Assembly (NCBI GenBank): GCA_028023455.1
Contig: JAQFVV010000004.1
Coordinates: 20,584,001 to 20,648,000, forward strand
DNA length: 64,000 nt
Reading direction: 5' to 3'
From: Epiperipatus broadwayi
Taxonomy: Eukaryota; Animalia; Onychophora
How positions within the stretch are numbered: position 1 is the first letter of the stretch; every line of letters starts with the position of its first letter. A program made the position numbers and the translations under genes. The notes under the pieces were generated by a model that saw only the letters and a program-made list of their open reading frames with translations, ran no database searches and was not told the origin of the DNA. This document shows positions 39,094-52,699 of this stretch, piece after piece.

Positions 39094-42000
39094 GAAACTA
39101 GATCTAAAAACTGACTCCAAGTGTTTATGCACAGAGTTTCTATCAGTTTGCAAGCATGAAATTTTTCAGACCGATAAAGTCTTCAAATTCAGCCAAACAA
39201 GCTAGATAGCTATATGGGTCTGATCTCAGTTCAGCTTCTCCACATAGTCAAAGCCTCTGCAATCTATATCATTGCGGAAACCTTTAACGGTAGATTTATG
39301 AAAAACAAAAACAAGTTTTAATCACGTTAAAAACTGCTGACGCTTGATAGCTATATGGGTCTGATCTCAGTTCAGCTTCTCCACATATATCTATATATAT
39401 TGGTGGAAATAATTTATACAACTTACTTTAAAAAGAAAACAATTAGTAATTGTTTTATTAAAAATATTTTCTCAAATGGTATTGTTATGTTCATTTTAAT
39501 TGAACCATGATTTTAATAAATTTCAGATTTAACAGTGCAAATATTGCTAGGAGAAGATTACGTAACATATAATGAATTATATGTAAACTTTGAGTGTAGT
39601 TGAACATTTTTTTATATATAAAATACCAGAAGGTGATAGAATTATATAACTGTTGATTGGACTTGTAAAGATTAGAGAATTTCATGATCAGCCAAAAAAA
39701 AAAAAAGAAACAAATAAGCATGCGGATACTTAATCAAATTAGATTTGTACTTTCACTGTAACACAATCTAATTCATTGGAAAAACATATGATATTAGGAT
39801 ATGTTATTGGTAAAAGATAAAAAGTATGACCAGCAACAATAGGAATTCCATCATCACAATCATGAATATGCTTTTGAGCAATCTTGCCAGGATCAATGTT
39901 GATTTGGCAACATATAGTAATTTATTAAATTTGTTTATTTTATTCCAAAACTAAGTTTTTTCTTTTATTTTTTTCTTTTATTTTTAGTTTATGCAAAACA
40001 CATAGCAAATCTTAATTTCAAACTCATATGTAAATAATTAACTATTTTTACAATTATTATAAAAAAAGGAAATTACATGCCTTTAACTTTTAAAAATAAA
40101 TTTTCGGTTATTTTAAAATATTCACATCTGCTTATCAATAAAGAATGTGGAACAATTGTAAAAAGTCATTTGTTTATTATTTATAGATATCTTTTTATAA
40201 TTTTTTTTTTATTATTTGAAATGTTGAGGATGGTTCATCAAAAGTCATTCACAATAAAAGTTATTTTAATAAGTTAGATCATATTTTTTTTTTTCTTAGA
40301 AAAAGTAATATATTCACTTGTTTACAAAATTATCTTCCAAGGCTTTGTGAAATAATCCCATCCCTTCCCTCACTTTCATGACTGACTTACTATTACAGAA
40401 TTGTGCAAATAGAATAACAAAATTTTGTTAATATTATTGTATCAGAAATTTTGAAACTGTCAGAATTGTCATAAATGATAAGCATGTATGTAAAATGTTA
40501 TATTTTGTAGAAAATATATTAGGCTTTAGTAACTCGAGAGCTATAAGTTATAAAGCTAAGTTTTTACTTCAGAGAAAAAACAATAATGAAATGCAAATAC
40601 ATATCTAGTTTAAAAAGCAATAAAAAGATCATTAATAACTAATGGAAATCTAAATGTAAATAGATGTGTAAGTTTTAAAAAGTAATGAAAAATAAAGGAA
40701 ACTTTATTTTGATAATTTGAGTTTAAGTCTACTTCAACAAAAAAAGATTGGTTTGCAGATAAATTAGACTTAAACAGATAAAGATTGTAACTTAAAAGCA
40801 TTTTATAAGATTGCCGAAAGATAATGCAAATGATCATTTTCAAGGCCGGATATAACTCGTGGATTTAAAATACCAAGAATACTGTGTATTGTTAAAATCA
40901 AACCAATAAAACTATTTTAGGAGAAAACAAATGGAATAAATATTTGAAGCTAATTATTGTGGAATGCGAATAGTCATAATTAGAAGCCAGATACTTATCG
41001 TCATTGTAAAAATGATTAGTCAAATGGATTTACTTTTACATTGGAATGATAGGAATTTATCAATGAATTCAAGCAAGGAGAAAACTGTATAAATAGGGCA
41101 CACCACAAAAGAGCGCAATCGTCAGCTTTTCTCCACTCATCGCATGCTGTGTTATTGTTGCTGTCATAAGGACCTTTGAGAAAAGCTGAGGGGAAAGTGC
41201 TCTAGACTTTTCTGCAACTATGGAACTGTCCCAGAGACTGTGCTTTTGAAGGTGAAAGAAAGCTGGCTAGGGAAAATGTTTATAGACCTTACCAGTCTCT
41301 TTATTATTTGGGTACACCTGAGAAGGCCTTATGAGAACTGTGAATATAAACTTTTAGTACTCACTTAGGTCCACCACTATTTTGCAGTGGCAATATGTGT
41401 TTACTTGGTGATTATAACATTGAAGATTTAGAACTTTACATCAAGGACTAATTGTTAACATGTATATAAAGGAACTAATGAACTCTATTTAGTTAAATCT
41501 TAATTGATGTGTATATATATAATATGTAAATAAATATATTCTTATTAATGTTTTGGGTAATTAATAATTTTGTGATAATTGTTGGTAGTCGGCTTTGTAG
41601 CTGAATACACAATAAAGCTGGCACAGTCTCATTCAAACCAGTTGCGAAAATAGAGATTTGTTATAATAGTGTTTATATATTAGTGTCTCATGTAAATAGG
41701 TTTTAAATAATTTAGTATAAGCTAGGATTTTGTTCTTCTGAATATATATATAATTTAATAAAAAATGTCGCTGGGATAACTGCATTGGTATGTTTATCAG
41801 GCAGAGGGGTAATTGCAATAATAAATATTACAAGTTACCTATAAAGGATACAGTAGCGTATGAGGATATTGTAAAAAAAGTTGACCGATCATTTTAGCCC
41901 CAGTCAATCAAAGTACATAGTCCAGTTGTCTCTAAGAAACAAAGACAAGCAAAGGGCGAATCTATAAAACATTACGGTTTAATTTTAAGGCAATTAGCAA

Positions 42001-42476
42001 AAGATTGCTTATGTGGGAACTATGTGGATGAAATATTGCTCGATCAGTTATTATGCGGTCTGCTTGATGATAGTGTGAGAAAAAAATCTGTGTGATACAG
42101 ATTTGAACTTTGAGACAGCTATCAAGAAGGGGATAGCTTACAAGCTAATATTGCATAAGCGGCCTGTTTTAAAAATAAAACTGAAAATAAGAATATAGAT
42201 GTGTGGAAAACAGATCGTAAAGAAGCAGATACAGTAAATGTCTCAAAGAAATTGATTATTTATTTCTGCTGCAATAAAAAAGGGCACATAAAAAGCCAGT
42301 ATAGGTTTCTGGGTGAAAAGTGCCATAACTGTAATGTAAAAGAACACTTAAAAAAAGATGTGTAAGGTAAAAGCCAGTCATCAGTGGCATAATGATATAC
42401 ATATATATACATGTAATAAATTAAGTTTGATATCTGTATTCGTTCCACAATATATGTAATATACAAATCAATATAT

Positions 42477-43320
42477 ATATCAAAATACAGTAAAATTTAC
42501 ATAAATTATATTATTTTAGAAGTACTTTCGACTATACATTTTGTAGTCTTTATCAACTATATAACATTGAATAATCAAAATGAGACATTTAACAATACCC
42601 ATAGTTCAATTCAGATTTCCCACAATTCTGTTATCTTAACATTTGATGACTGGTGATTCATTAACATTTGATGATTTCTTGAAATCAACATAGCCTCTTT
42701 TTATTTTAGGTTTATTGTGACAATGTTCAATTTGAATAATTTTCATATTTTTATAATCAAATTTAAATCCATATTGACAAGTTTTATATAAATAGATTAC
42801 TTAATAACTCTAAAATTCAAAGTTTAATCAAAATTGTATTATATATAAATTGATATGTGGATGTGGCTTACAATATATCAATGAATCTAAGTGTACATCT
42901 GAGAAGAGAATAAAAGAGTATATGCTTTTATATAATAGAATTCAAAAAGAGAAACAATTAGGAATAGATGTAAATAAACTTTCATCATCCGTTATATTTG
43001 ATCATAATAAATCTTGTCAATATGGATTTAAATTTGATTATAAAAATATGAAAATTATTCAAATTGAACGTTGTCACAATAAACGTAAAATAAAAGAGGC
43101 TATATGTTGATTTCAAGAAATCATCAAATGTTAATGAATCACCAATCATCAAATGTTAAGATAACAGAATTGTGGAAAATCTGAATTGAATTATGGGTAT
43201 TGTTAAATGTTGTCTTGTTTTGATTATTTAATGTTATATAGTTGATAAAGACTACAAAATGTATAGTCGAAGTACTTCTAAAATAATATAATTTATGTAA
43301 ATTTTACTGTATTTTGATAT
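42477..43320. mobile_element. Penelope-like element family 3: 3' fragment with inverted duplication
   Basis: ORF 42850-43110 CGCGLQYINES..KRIKEY..HNKSCQYGF..KIIQIERCHNKRKIKEAI (GIY-YIG C-part); arms ~42477-42785 and ~43010-43320 are reverse complements. Confidence 0.85.
42517..42559 (-). ncRNA. Type I hammerhead-like motif, U3:A8 variant with GUAC palindrome
   Basis: Minus: UAG-UUGAUAA-A-GACUA-caaaaugua-UAGUC-GAAA-GUAC-UU-CUA. The mirror copy at 43239-43280 (+) has GAA instead of GAAA. Confidence 0.6.
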
Positions 43321-43685
43321 CGTATATTATATATATAATATGTAAATAAATATACTTATTCGTATTTAATAATGTTTTGGGTAATTAATAATTTTGTGAT
43401 AATTGTTGGTAATCAGCTTCATAGCTGAATACACAACATAAAAATATAGATGTGTACTTTACTTTGCCTGAATTTGATTTTTTTAATATTGTTGTTTTCT
43501 AAAATGTGTAGCATTTCACCTTAAGCTCTTTTTTTTTTTTTTTTAAATTTTCATAATTTAGCTTACTTAACATTATTTGAAATAATTTGATTTATTTGAT
43601 ACATAGATAGATTGATAAAATAGAGATCACACGTTTTATTTTTATAAAATGTGCATAAATGTTTGTTTTATTTATTTTTTTGCAG

Positions 43686-43780
43686 TCAACAGTTAATAAA
43701 CCAAAAGCTAAAAAACAAGTACCTAATGAAAATCAGCCTAATAATGATCAAACAGTCACTCAGACATCTCAGCCCATTAG
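43686..43780 (+). CDS. Aurora kinase N-terminal coding exon (STVNKPKAKKQVPNENQPNNDQTVTQTSQPI-R)
   Basis: T-rich TGCAG acceptor, open frame, AG|GT donor; the split codon AG+G joins in frame to exon 53354. Confidence 0.8.
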
Positions 43781-43783
43781 GTA

Positions 43784-44175
<392 letters not shown>

Positions 44176-44525
44176 GCTTTTTACAATGAAAATGTATCTA
44201 GAATGCTCTTTACATTGTAGAACAGTAATGGACTTGAAATGTAAAAGTTAATGGATTGATTCCAAAACAAATCACATGGTTTCATATTTGACTCCCAAAG
44301 AATAGATAATATAATTAATTCAACAATTACTTTCAGCCACAATTGAAGACTTTAATCACACGAGAATTCTTTCTATTTATTTGTAAGGGTAGCTTACAAT
44401 CCTACCAAGACCAGCCTTTATTTATCCACACCACCAAATTAAACTATTTAAAACATAAGATTAGCTAGCAGGTGATTGAATATGTACTATCATATTTTTT
44501 TGTAAACATACATATATATATATAT

Positions 44526-47500
44526 GCTGTGTCTTATGACCAGCAAGTAAATAAATGGACAAAGGCAGAATTGAGATGGTAAGATTATAGTTTAATACGA
44601 ATAATTTTAACTATATACATTGCCTATTATAAGGCGTAATAAAATAATAAAAGGTCGTGGTGAGGCAGGAGTCTCTGACTTATAATTAAAACTCAGAACA
44701 ATTAGATCAGGTTCTGGGGGTTTATATACCCCTCAACACTTCTGGAGTCTTTTACATTCCTAACCATATATGGTGTTTTCACATACACGCAGTATTTTTA
44801 CATTTCTCACCATATATGGTATTTTACACAGTTTTCTGACCCTATAAGGTCAGCTGGGCTTTCTATGATTTAACAACATTGTAATTTTACACAATCGTTA
44901 TACATAATTGCTATACAGTTATTCTTATTTTACATATTCATTATATTTTACAGTTACTTTTATTCTACATTTATTATTGTACTCTTATTACTATACAATT
45001 ATTATTCTTATTTTACATACTCTTTTTATTATACAATTATTACTTCTTATTTTACATACTCTTTTTATTGTACAATTATTACTTCTTATTTTACATATTC
45101 ATTATACATTACAGTTATCAGTTTTATTCTACATTATTGTACTCTTATTATTATACAATTATTATTCTTATTTTACATACTCTTGTTATTATACAATTAT
45201 TATTATTATTTTACATATTCATTATACATTACATATGTATACCTTGACCTTGAATACTGCAATATATATAATATTATATTTAATGTTTTCATGGTTATAT
45301 GATATAGATAAAAGATATTAAAGGCAAGCAAACTTTTTAATTGCATTCTTGTTTCGATTATAATCGTTTCTAATTTATTTTAACTAAGCTGAGACTTGTT
45401 TTTAAATATTTTTGAATTATGAATAAGATTAACCCTGGGGAGAATCTTTAATTAGGATTAAAGCTGAGATAAAGTTGCCCTGTTGAAAAATCACTAATTT
45501 AAAAATAAAAAAATTATTTCCGAAAGGTAAGAGCTTTTATAAATAGACCTGGGGTTGCGGACTGATTATTCTCCAGCTATTGTGGTTTATGCTGCTTATC
45601 TAGTTATTATTCAGTGGTTAAGCATAGTACTTTGCTGTTTAGAAGTTTCCACCAAAATTATCTTATGGACTTCTAATTAATACCTATGAAGAACAGTATT
45701 TTCGTCATGCCGTGCTAAGCCAACATAAAGACAAGTCTCTGAGCCAAATCATCCCGCAAAATCATGTCATAAGAGCTTAAGGAAAAAATGATCCCTAACA
45801 TTGCCTTCTGAACAAAAATGGAAGCTAAAATCTTTGCCGAAATGCCGTGCTGGAAGACATCAATCAATTTTAAATTTATACCTCGAGGTATCATGTTTCT
45901 TTTATTCTTTCCAGGGTAAAATTTTAAGTCTCAGCTTAATTTTAAAAATAACCTATTTTATTATATCGTTTGTTTATTAAATTTAAAATATTTAGGGCAT
46001 ATATTGTGTGTTATATATTGTATTTATACTGTGCCAGGTTTGTTTGAAATTTATTTATCTGAGAGTATTGTGAGATTATATTTTATATGCTTAATATGTC
46101 TTCCTTTATTTTACTAACTTGCTAAATGCTTTGGCAGTTTTTCATAATTTCAGTTTGCTCACCTGTCCTTATTTTATCATCCAATAATTAATTTAAATTA
46201 ATAGATTTGCCCTTCTTGCAAACCGCAAATCTTTTGGCTGGTGGTTTGTCTTGTTTTGTTATTCTAGCTTTTCTGTATTTGGAGATTTTTTTTATTGTTT
46301 TCTAGGTTACGTAAGACCGCAATCATTCTTCAGGTTTGTCTTGTCTTGTATGTGAAATTAACCATGAATTGCCTTGAAAGTGGTACATCATGAGCTATCC
46401 TGCAGTCATTATGGTGTCTCTAGGTCCAATGACTAGAGAATGCTCGTCTGTTCGTTAATTTCCTACAAGACCGTATGGTTTCTTATATCTCTGAATTAGG
46501 AAGCTAGTATTGTTGTTCTTTTATAAATCGTCAGCAGAAAGATACTATTAATTTCCTTTTAAATTGTAGGTGAGAGAATGAACCTTGTTGGCAAAGTATT
46601 TAATTTTTAATATTTGCTGTACTCATATACATTCTTGGATGAATATGCTAATAAATCTAGGTCAACATTCATATTTTGCTTGCTAGATTTATTTTATCTT
46701 TTATTTGTTAATTTATTGGTCAGAGCATGTACGGAGAACTTAGTCTGTAAAGTTATTTGTATTTCTAATTATTTCACTTTCTTAATAAATGTTTGGGCAG
46801 ACGTAGATAGTTTTCTAATTACCTACCTGTCTCTATTGAGACTTTTAGTTATTATACTCAGCTTAGTTTTGACCAGTCGTTTGGTTGGTGATTCACCCGT
46901 ATTATATGTCTGTTTTCCTTAAATCAGAGATTTAATGAGTATTTTCTAAGTTTTTTATTTCATAAATTGGAGATTTAAGTTTCTCTATAATTCACACTCT
47001 GTCATATTCATTTACCTTTTTTTTGTTGTTGTTGTGTTCTTGCATTGTAATCTACCATGGCGATCTTTAACGTGATTGGCCATGCAGCAGTTCTGCAGAC
47101 AATATGACGTCATTAGTCAATAAGCTAGTAATCACTCGCCCACGCTGATTTTATTAATTTATGCAAGAAACTCGCATTTGCTTTTCATTTTAGAACTTTT
47201 GAATAAGGAAACCAGAATTGCTTAGGTGAATTGTCAGCTGAAGGAAAATCCTTTTCTCCTTTTTAATTCTTTATTTGAAAATTTGTCCGTCTGCCATGGC
47301 GTTGACGTTTTAATTTTTGTTAGTACACACCTGGTAGAAATGTGTTTATTGTGAATATATCTGTGAGTGGAAATTTTCATAATACTCTTAATAAAATTTT
47401 TAAGTATTTAAACTTAATTTTGCTGACGTTTGTCTTAGTGCTTTTATTTTCTCAATTGTCTGAACAATAGTTAAGATCTCTTGCTATCTCCCTGGGTCTA

Positions 47501-47617
47501 GTCGGTGTAAATCATCATCACCATCCACTTTTGGTCATGGTAAACAAATTTTCCAGATAAGCAGTTATCTGGTGGTGCCCTCCATGATCAAGGCTAGATT
47601 GAGTGACCGTTACAATA
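44526..47617 (-). mobile_element. Possible decayed LTR retroelement
   Basis: Bounded by (TA)n; minus start TGTAACGG, minus end ..CACAGCA, TATA-like GGGGTATATAAACCCCC at ~44710-44726; weak integrase-like ILASIFVQK..FP*ALMT at ~45770-45850. No matching LTR pair. Confidence 0.3.
44905..45240. repeat. Degenerate AT-rich minisatellite (~36-bp acaattattattcttattttacatactc.. units)
   Basis: Repeated ttattttacata / tacaattatt subunits. Confidence 0.8.
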
Positions 47618-49214
47618 TATATATACCAACAATGAGTTAATTATCAATGTGTTGTATGTCACGAATTATTAAACATAGTGTTGACCTAATGTCAAGCCAA
47701 TCTCCAGGTAGCAAGTGTGAAAAATAAAAGTAGAATTCTGTTATGTAATTTTATTTTTTAACTACAACCAATATAATAAGCGCAACAATAGACAGCCACG
47801 GCAATGGAAAACCTAATATACCAAACAACGGAAACTAAGTGTTGTATAAAAGCAAACCCAGTTCAGTTTCATCGTCTTTTGTTATTTTTCAAATGATGCA
47901 ATAACTATACAAAGTCAACATCTTAAAATCAAATGTTCAAATACAAGAAAAGATGGATGACTTTTTCAAATTTTCCATATTATCCATATAATTTTCATAA
48001 CAAAAGAACTGAACTGATTTTAAATTGATAGTTAAAAATAAAAACTGTGCTATTATCCAAACACGAAGAAAAAAGAAATAGAACATCGCCAGCATTTATA
48101 TAAATGATTAAGTAATTTTTTTTTATATAAGCCATTAAATGCCAAATAGCAAATCAATAAAAATTAAATCTGATATAAACTGCTGTGCAATTTATTCTGG
48201 CTATATTAACATTACCATAGGACTGGAGTGCTACGTCCCAATCATGGAAGCGCGATGACTTAATCTACTCACCTATATAATGTCTAAAGAAACATTAAAT
48301 GTCCTACATTAAATTGATCGAGAAGGAAAGCAACTTCAGAAAATGGAAACAACATAGTTTCAAGCGCATTGCCAAGGAATTCTAGCGAGTGATAAACTTA
48401 CCAAAGAAAAATGATCCGAAGAAAGACTGTATCCATAAAAGACATTATTGCCAAAGTCATTGGCATTAACCAAGATGACTTAAAGAAAGTTTTGATTTAT
48501 TATATTTGTTTTTTTTTTTTATATATGTTTGTAAAATTCTAGTTTTATTTTATCTCCATGCTTGGAAACTTAAACATGTCTATAACTTTGAAGAGTCTAT
48601 TATCAATGAAACCAATAAAATGAGGGGGGGGGGGGTTATTAAGTTAATTAAAAATATTTTTTTTATGTTAAATAAAGTTTAGATCAGCTTTCCCTCCATA
48701 GTAACTTGACATTTGATCATCACCACTATGATATGGAATAAAAGATTTTTGATATTATTCCTTATTAAGCACATACACTTACTACAGGACAGAGTTCATG
48801 TTATTGGTGTTTTTTTTATTATTATTGTTCACCATTAATCAATTATAGTTATTTTTCAGTATAAATGACTAACTTTCTTGTACAGATGTTTTTTTTTTAT
48901 CAACCGTAGGGAACCATACATGGGTAGGGGGTCCCCAAAGAAGATGGAACATCAATAACTGGAACTGGACGATCGAGCTATTACACATACATTTGTATAA
49001 TATTGTAAATTAGCTAGTTGGCTTCGTGGTCAATATAATAATGATTTTTATTATTATTTTTATTTGCTTTGTAAGTAATTAATGCTTTGTTATTTATCTA
49101 TACCATGGGTACAAGTTGGAATAGTGAACATATTTATTCATTGATATGGTAGAAATACATTCTTGACACACGCAATTATATTGTTTTATCATGTTAAAAA
49201 GTTATGAATTGTCA

Positions 49215-49302
49215 AGCGTTGTTAGTCGAGAGGTCATCACAGCTGCCTTGCAAGCAAGTAGTTGTTTGCAGACGGTTATGGGTTCGCCTCCCGGCTGATG
49301 CT
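49215..49302 (+). pseudogene. tRNA-derived SINE head or tRNA pseudogene (possible TGC anticodon)
   Basis: A-box-like TAGTCGAGAGG, B-box-like GGTTCGCCTCC, GU-rich acceptor pairing AGCGTTG/TGATGCT, loop CTTGCAA, A-rich tail after. Confidence 0.4.
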
Positions 49303-52300
49303 ATGACATATGGGAAAAGAAAAAAAGTTATGAATTTTTGTTTTGTTATTTAATAAACATTGTCAATTTGATTTAAATTAAACTGGTCTCTAGTTTATCA
49401 AAATCATAGTGCTATATAAAATAATATCTCAAAATCATTTATACATTCATTCATCAACTTATAACCGGATATATACATATTCACACATCCCATTCTTATA
49501 TAATAATACAGTAATATGTTTGGATGGATCTTTAAATCAATTGGAATCTGTATAGAGGTGCAGTAGTTGCTATATAGTGTAAATTTACCTCTGAAGAGAG
49601 CCGATGGCAGATTTCTCCCTGAGTTTGAATACTGAGGCTAATGGAACCTAAATGAGGGGTGAGGTATTGATGAACTAGCTCAAATTCTATCAAATTTAAT
49701 GTGTAAACTTAGAACTAGCCCATTGGAGATAGATACGATCATAGGTTAGATACTTCATATTCACAGCATCCTACCAGAAGACCTAGGTCCAACCGTAATG
49801 AAATGCGTTCCCCCTCTTCTGGTGGAAAACCCAGACTGTTACAATGTATTTTACTCTTTCACAAAGCAAACTGAGTATTCTTTGCTTAAACAACAATTTC
49901 TGAGCCTTTCGCTTAGGACCTTTAATTTTTTTTATTATTTATGTATAAATGCTTAAGTGTACTTTATACATTAAATAAACTTCAAAATTATGAATATGGG
50001 TTAGTCCTATTCTGGTTTGTTAATTAAAATTCGTATTCCAGTCTAATGTTTGTTTAATCCTTTTTCTTGTTCATTAATGTAAGTAATAATTCTTGAATTT
50101 ATTTCTTGCACAGAAAAAATTCTTGAAACTTAACTTATTTTTGATATAAATAATCCTACCAAAAAACAAAAAGTTTATTTAAAAGTGAAAAAAAAAAAAA
50201 AACTATAAGCTGCCTAACTTATCCCTCATGCAAAGATTATTAAGTAATTAATATATTAAAAACTGAATTATAAAATGATTTTTCAAGCACTTTAATTAGT
50301 GCTTATTCATCACAACAGTCTTTTAATAAATATGTAAATGATTGGTAGTTTATGGTGATGACTAAGTGATGATTTAAAAATGTGGTATTTTATGTAATTC
50401 TCATAAATATTTAATCATATTATACATGACTTGGCCAGAGGAGATCTTATTAGTAGAAATGCATAAGTGCTTTTCATATATTTTTCCTATATTTGCATAT
50501 GTTACATTTTTAAATCTAAGAACAGTTACTTATGTTCTTAATAAGTTAAAACTCAAGTGCATCAAAAATCAACTTAAAGAAGTTTGTAATTAGTTAAAAT
50601 TTATCAGGATTGCTATTTTTTTTTTTTATAAAATTAGTGACAATTAAATTTATTGAGTGTTTATTGATTATTACCAGGTCTTTATATATTTGTATATCTA
50701 ATTTTTTACCTTGTAACAAAAGTTTAATAATAAAAGTAATAACCATATAGAAAAAGTTTGACAATTAAAACCATTAATAGAAATGATATATTATTTTGCT
50801 TATTTAGTAGTTGTTTTTTTTTTTTAAATAATGCTTCTATACAGATGCCTTTATGTTTTTATAACTATTTTGTTTAACAGTTTTTATGTAATCACTTAAA
50901 GTTATAAACTTAAATGAAATAATTGTATTTCATGCTATATATGTTTTGTTTTGTTTTTACTGCAGATTTATTTTCCGTAATATTTTCTATTTTTAACATT
51001 TTTTCTGTCCAATATTGTTAGAATATTTACCTCAATTTTTTATGTAAGGTGTATACAGTCCCCATTTAATTCCCTTAAATATTTTATTTCTTGCTTTAAG
51101 CAATTGGGTCAACTTTTTTTTTTAATTAATCTATTTAAAAATTATTTCTATTACTATTCAAAATTGTAATCTTGAAACGTTTTTAATTTATTCTTATTTA
51201 ATATTTCTTATATGAAATAATGACTAATTATTTCATCTTGTGTAATTTGTTTGCTCTTACAGAATCATTTCCATATGTTCAACCACTTCTTTTCGTAATT
51301 CATTTTTTATTCTTTTATCATCAAATCCTTTCTCCATTTTTATATATACATTCCATTATAATTACTAGGTTTAATTCCCAAATAAAATTATTGTCCTTTT
51401 TTTTATGCTTATTTTTTCATTTTCACTTATTATTACTATTTTTTATTATCTATTAGTATCCACCTCCATCCTATCAAAAAAGAAAATATTTTTTATGTTA
51501 TTCTCTTGATTAGGAAAGTTAATAACAAAACATCATGACTTTTCAGCTTGCTCTTAAAATATGCTTTCAACATTCAGTTCCCTTCACTTTTCTTTAAAGC
51601 CATCATTATATGCTTAAATAATTAGTGGGTACTAAATACTAGTGCTGTTATTATGTCCACATCCCATATCAGTTTTGAATTTTTGCCCATTGCTGAGGAC
51701 TTAGAATAGACTGCTTTTGACTTTTTGTATTATTCATATTTTCTGAATTTTAAAACAAAAAACAATTTTCTGATGCATTTGTATTTGATGTACTCAAGCA
51801 AAGATATTATTCACCAAAGAACTTGGGAAAGCACAACCATGGTAAAATTAACTGATAGTTTGTGTAATGTAATTAAATGATATCCATTAAAAATCATTAG
51901 CACTGATTATTTGAATGCAGTTTTAAATCGCCAATCAGTTTAATATCATCACATAGATATGCACATAACATTTCTATATATATATATATTTGTATATATG
52001 CATTATAGAAATTATAATATTGCATTTAGCTATTACATTTATATATATATTTTAATAGCATTTAATTAAGGAAGTAACTTTAATGGGAATAATTCTAGTA
52101 TTTGTTCACTACAAAGAAACAATGAGAAGTTTATGACAAATTATATAACAAGCAAACAAACCAAGTTAGCATTATTTTTATGTTTGCCTAGAAGACATAC
52201 TAACGATTGCAGAGAAACTTCTAAGAATATAGTGACCAAAAAAATTAACTGAGCATTTCAGCTTTTCATTTTCCTGACTACATTTATTATCATAAATATG

Positions 52301-52699
52301 ATGAAAAGAAAGTCATGGAATATGAATTTGCATTATTTGACCTGGTTCATGATAGCCAATTACCTCTGTTGACTAATAACTTGTGTAATTTTCAAATGTT
52401 AAAATTCTGGTTCTAGAACTTGCTGTCGGAAAAATAAAATTTAGTTTGAATTTCCTAGGAAGATTTTTCTTAAAAAAAAACTTAATAAAGAATTGACTAG
52501 AAACAAAGATATGCTCAATGAATATCAAGAGAACAGAAAATGCTGATCATATAAATCACTTGACATAACATCATTACCAGCAATCTCATGATTGGATATG
52601 ATTTATTCTCGCATCTCCTTAATATCAAAGATGACGGGACCATTTAATATTTAAAAAGTAAAATGAAATTCAAAGTTGAGTAAACTACTAAAGGCTTGA

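Larger units (their letters stand above)
38473..39390 (-). repeat. ~411-bp tandem repeat (2 full units + 1 internally deleted unit): putative non-LTR retrozyme
   Basis: Units start at 38473, 38884 and ~39297; high identity (~95% by eye); flanked by (TA)n; one hammerhead in each full unit. Confidence 0.9.
41511..43438 (+). mobile_element. Gypsy (Mag-type) relic: ~105-bp direct repeats (41511-41613, 43328-43438) enclosing a gag fragment and a nested PLE palindrome
   Basis: RQAKGESIKHYGLILRQLAKDC..LLDQLLCGL (gag) and two Cys/His knuckles CNKKGHIKS / CHNCNVKEHLKKMC at ~41940-42370; the right repeat ends ..ACAACA. No TSD seen. Confidence 0.65.

Noticed and set aside
38528-39205. Duplicated 72/88-aa ORFs in the 411-bp repeat
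   Set aside because: No recognisable domain, and the frames diverge between copies; the conserved signal is the minus-strand RNA structure.
38473-39390. CRISPR-like or satellite-only interpretation of the tandem arrays
   Set aside because: No short repeat/unique spacer pattern, and the context is eukaryotic; a plain satellite would not explain the intact hammerhead.
44908-45321. 137-aa ORF
   Set aside because: Low-complexity translation of an AT-rich minisatellite.
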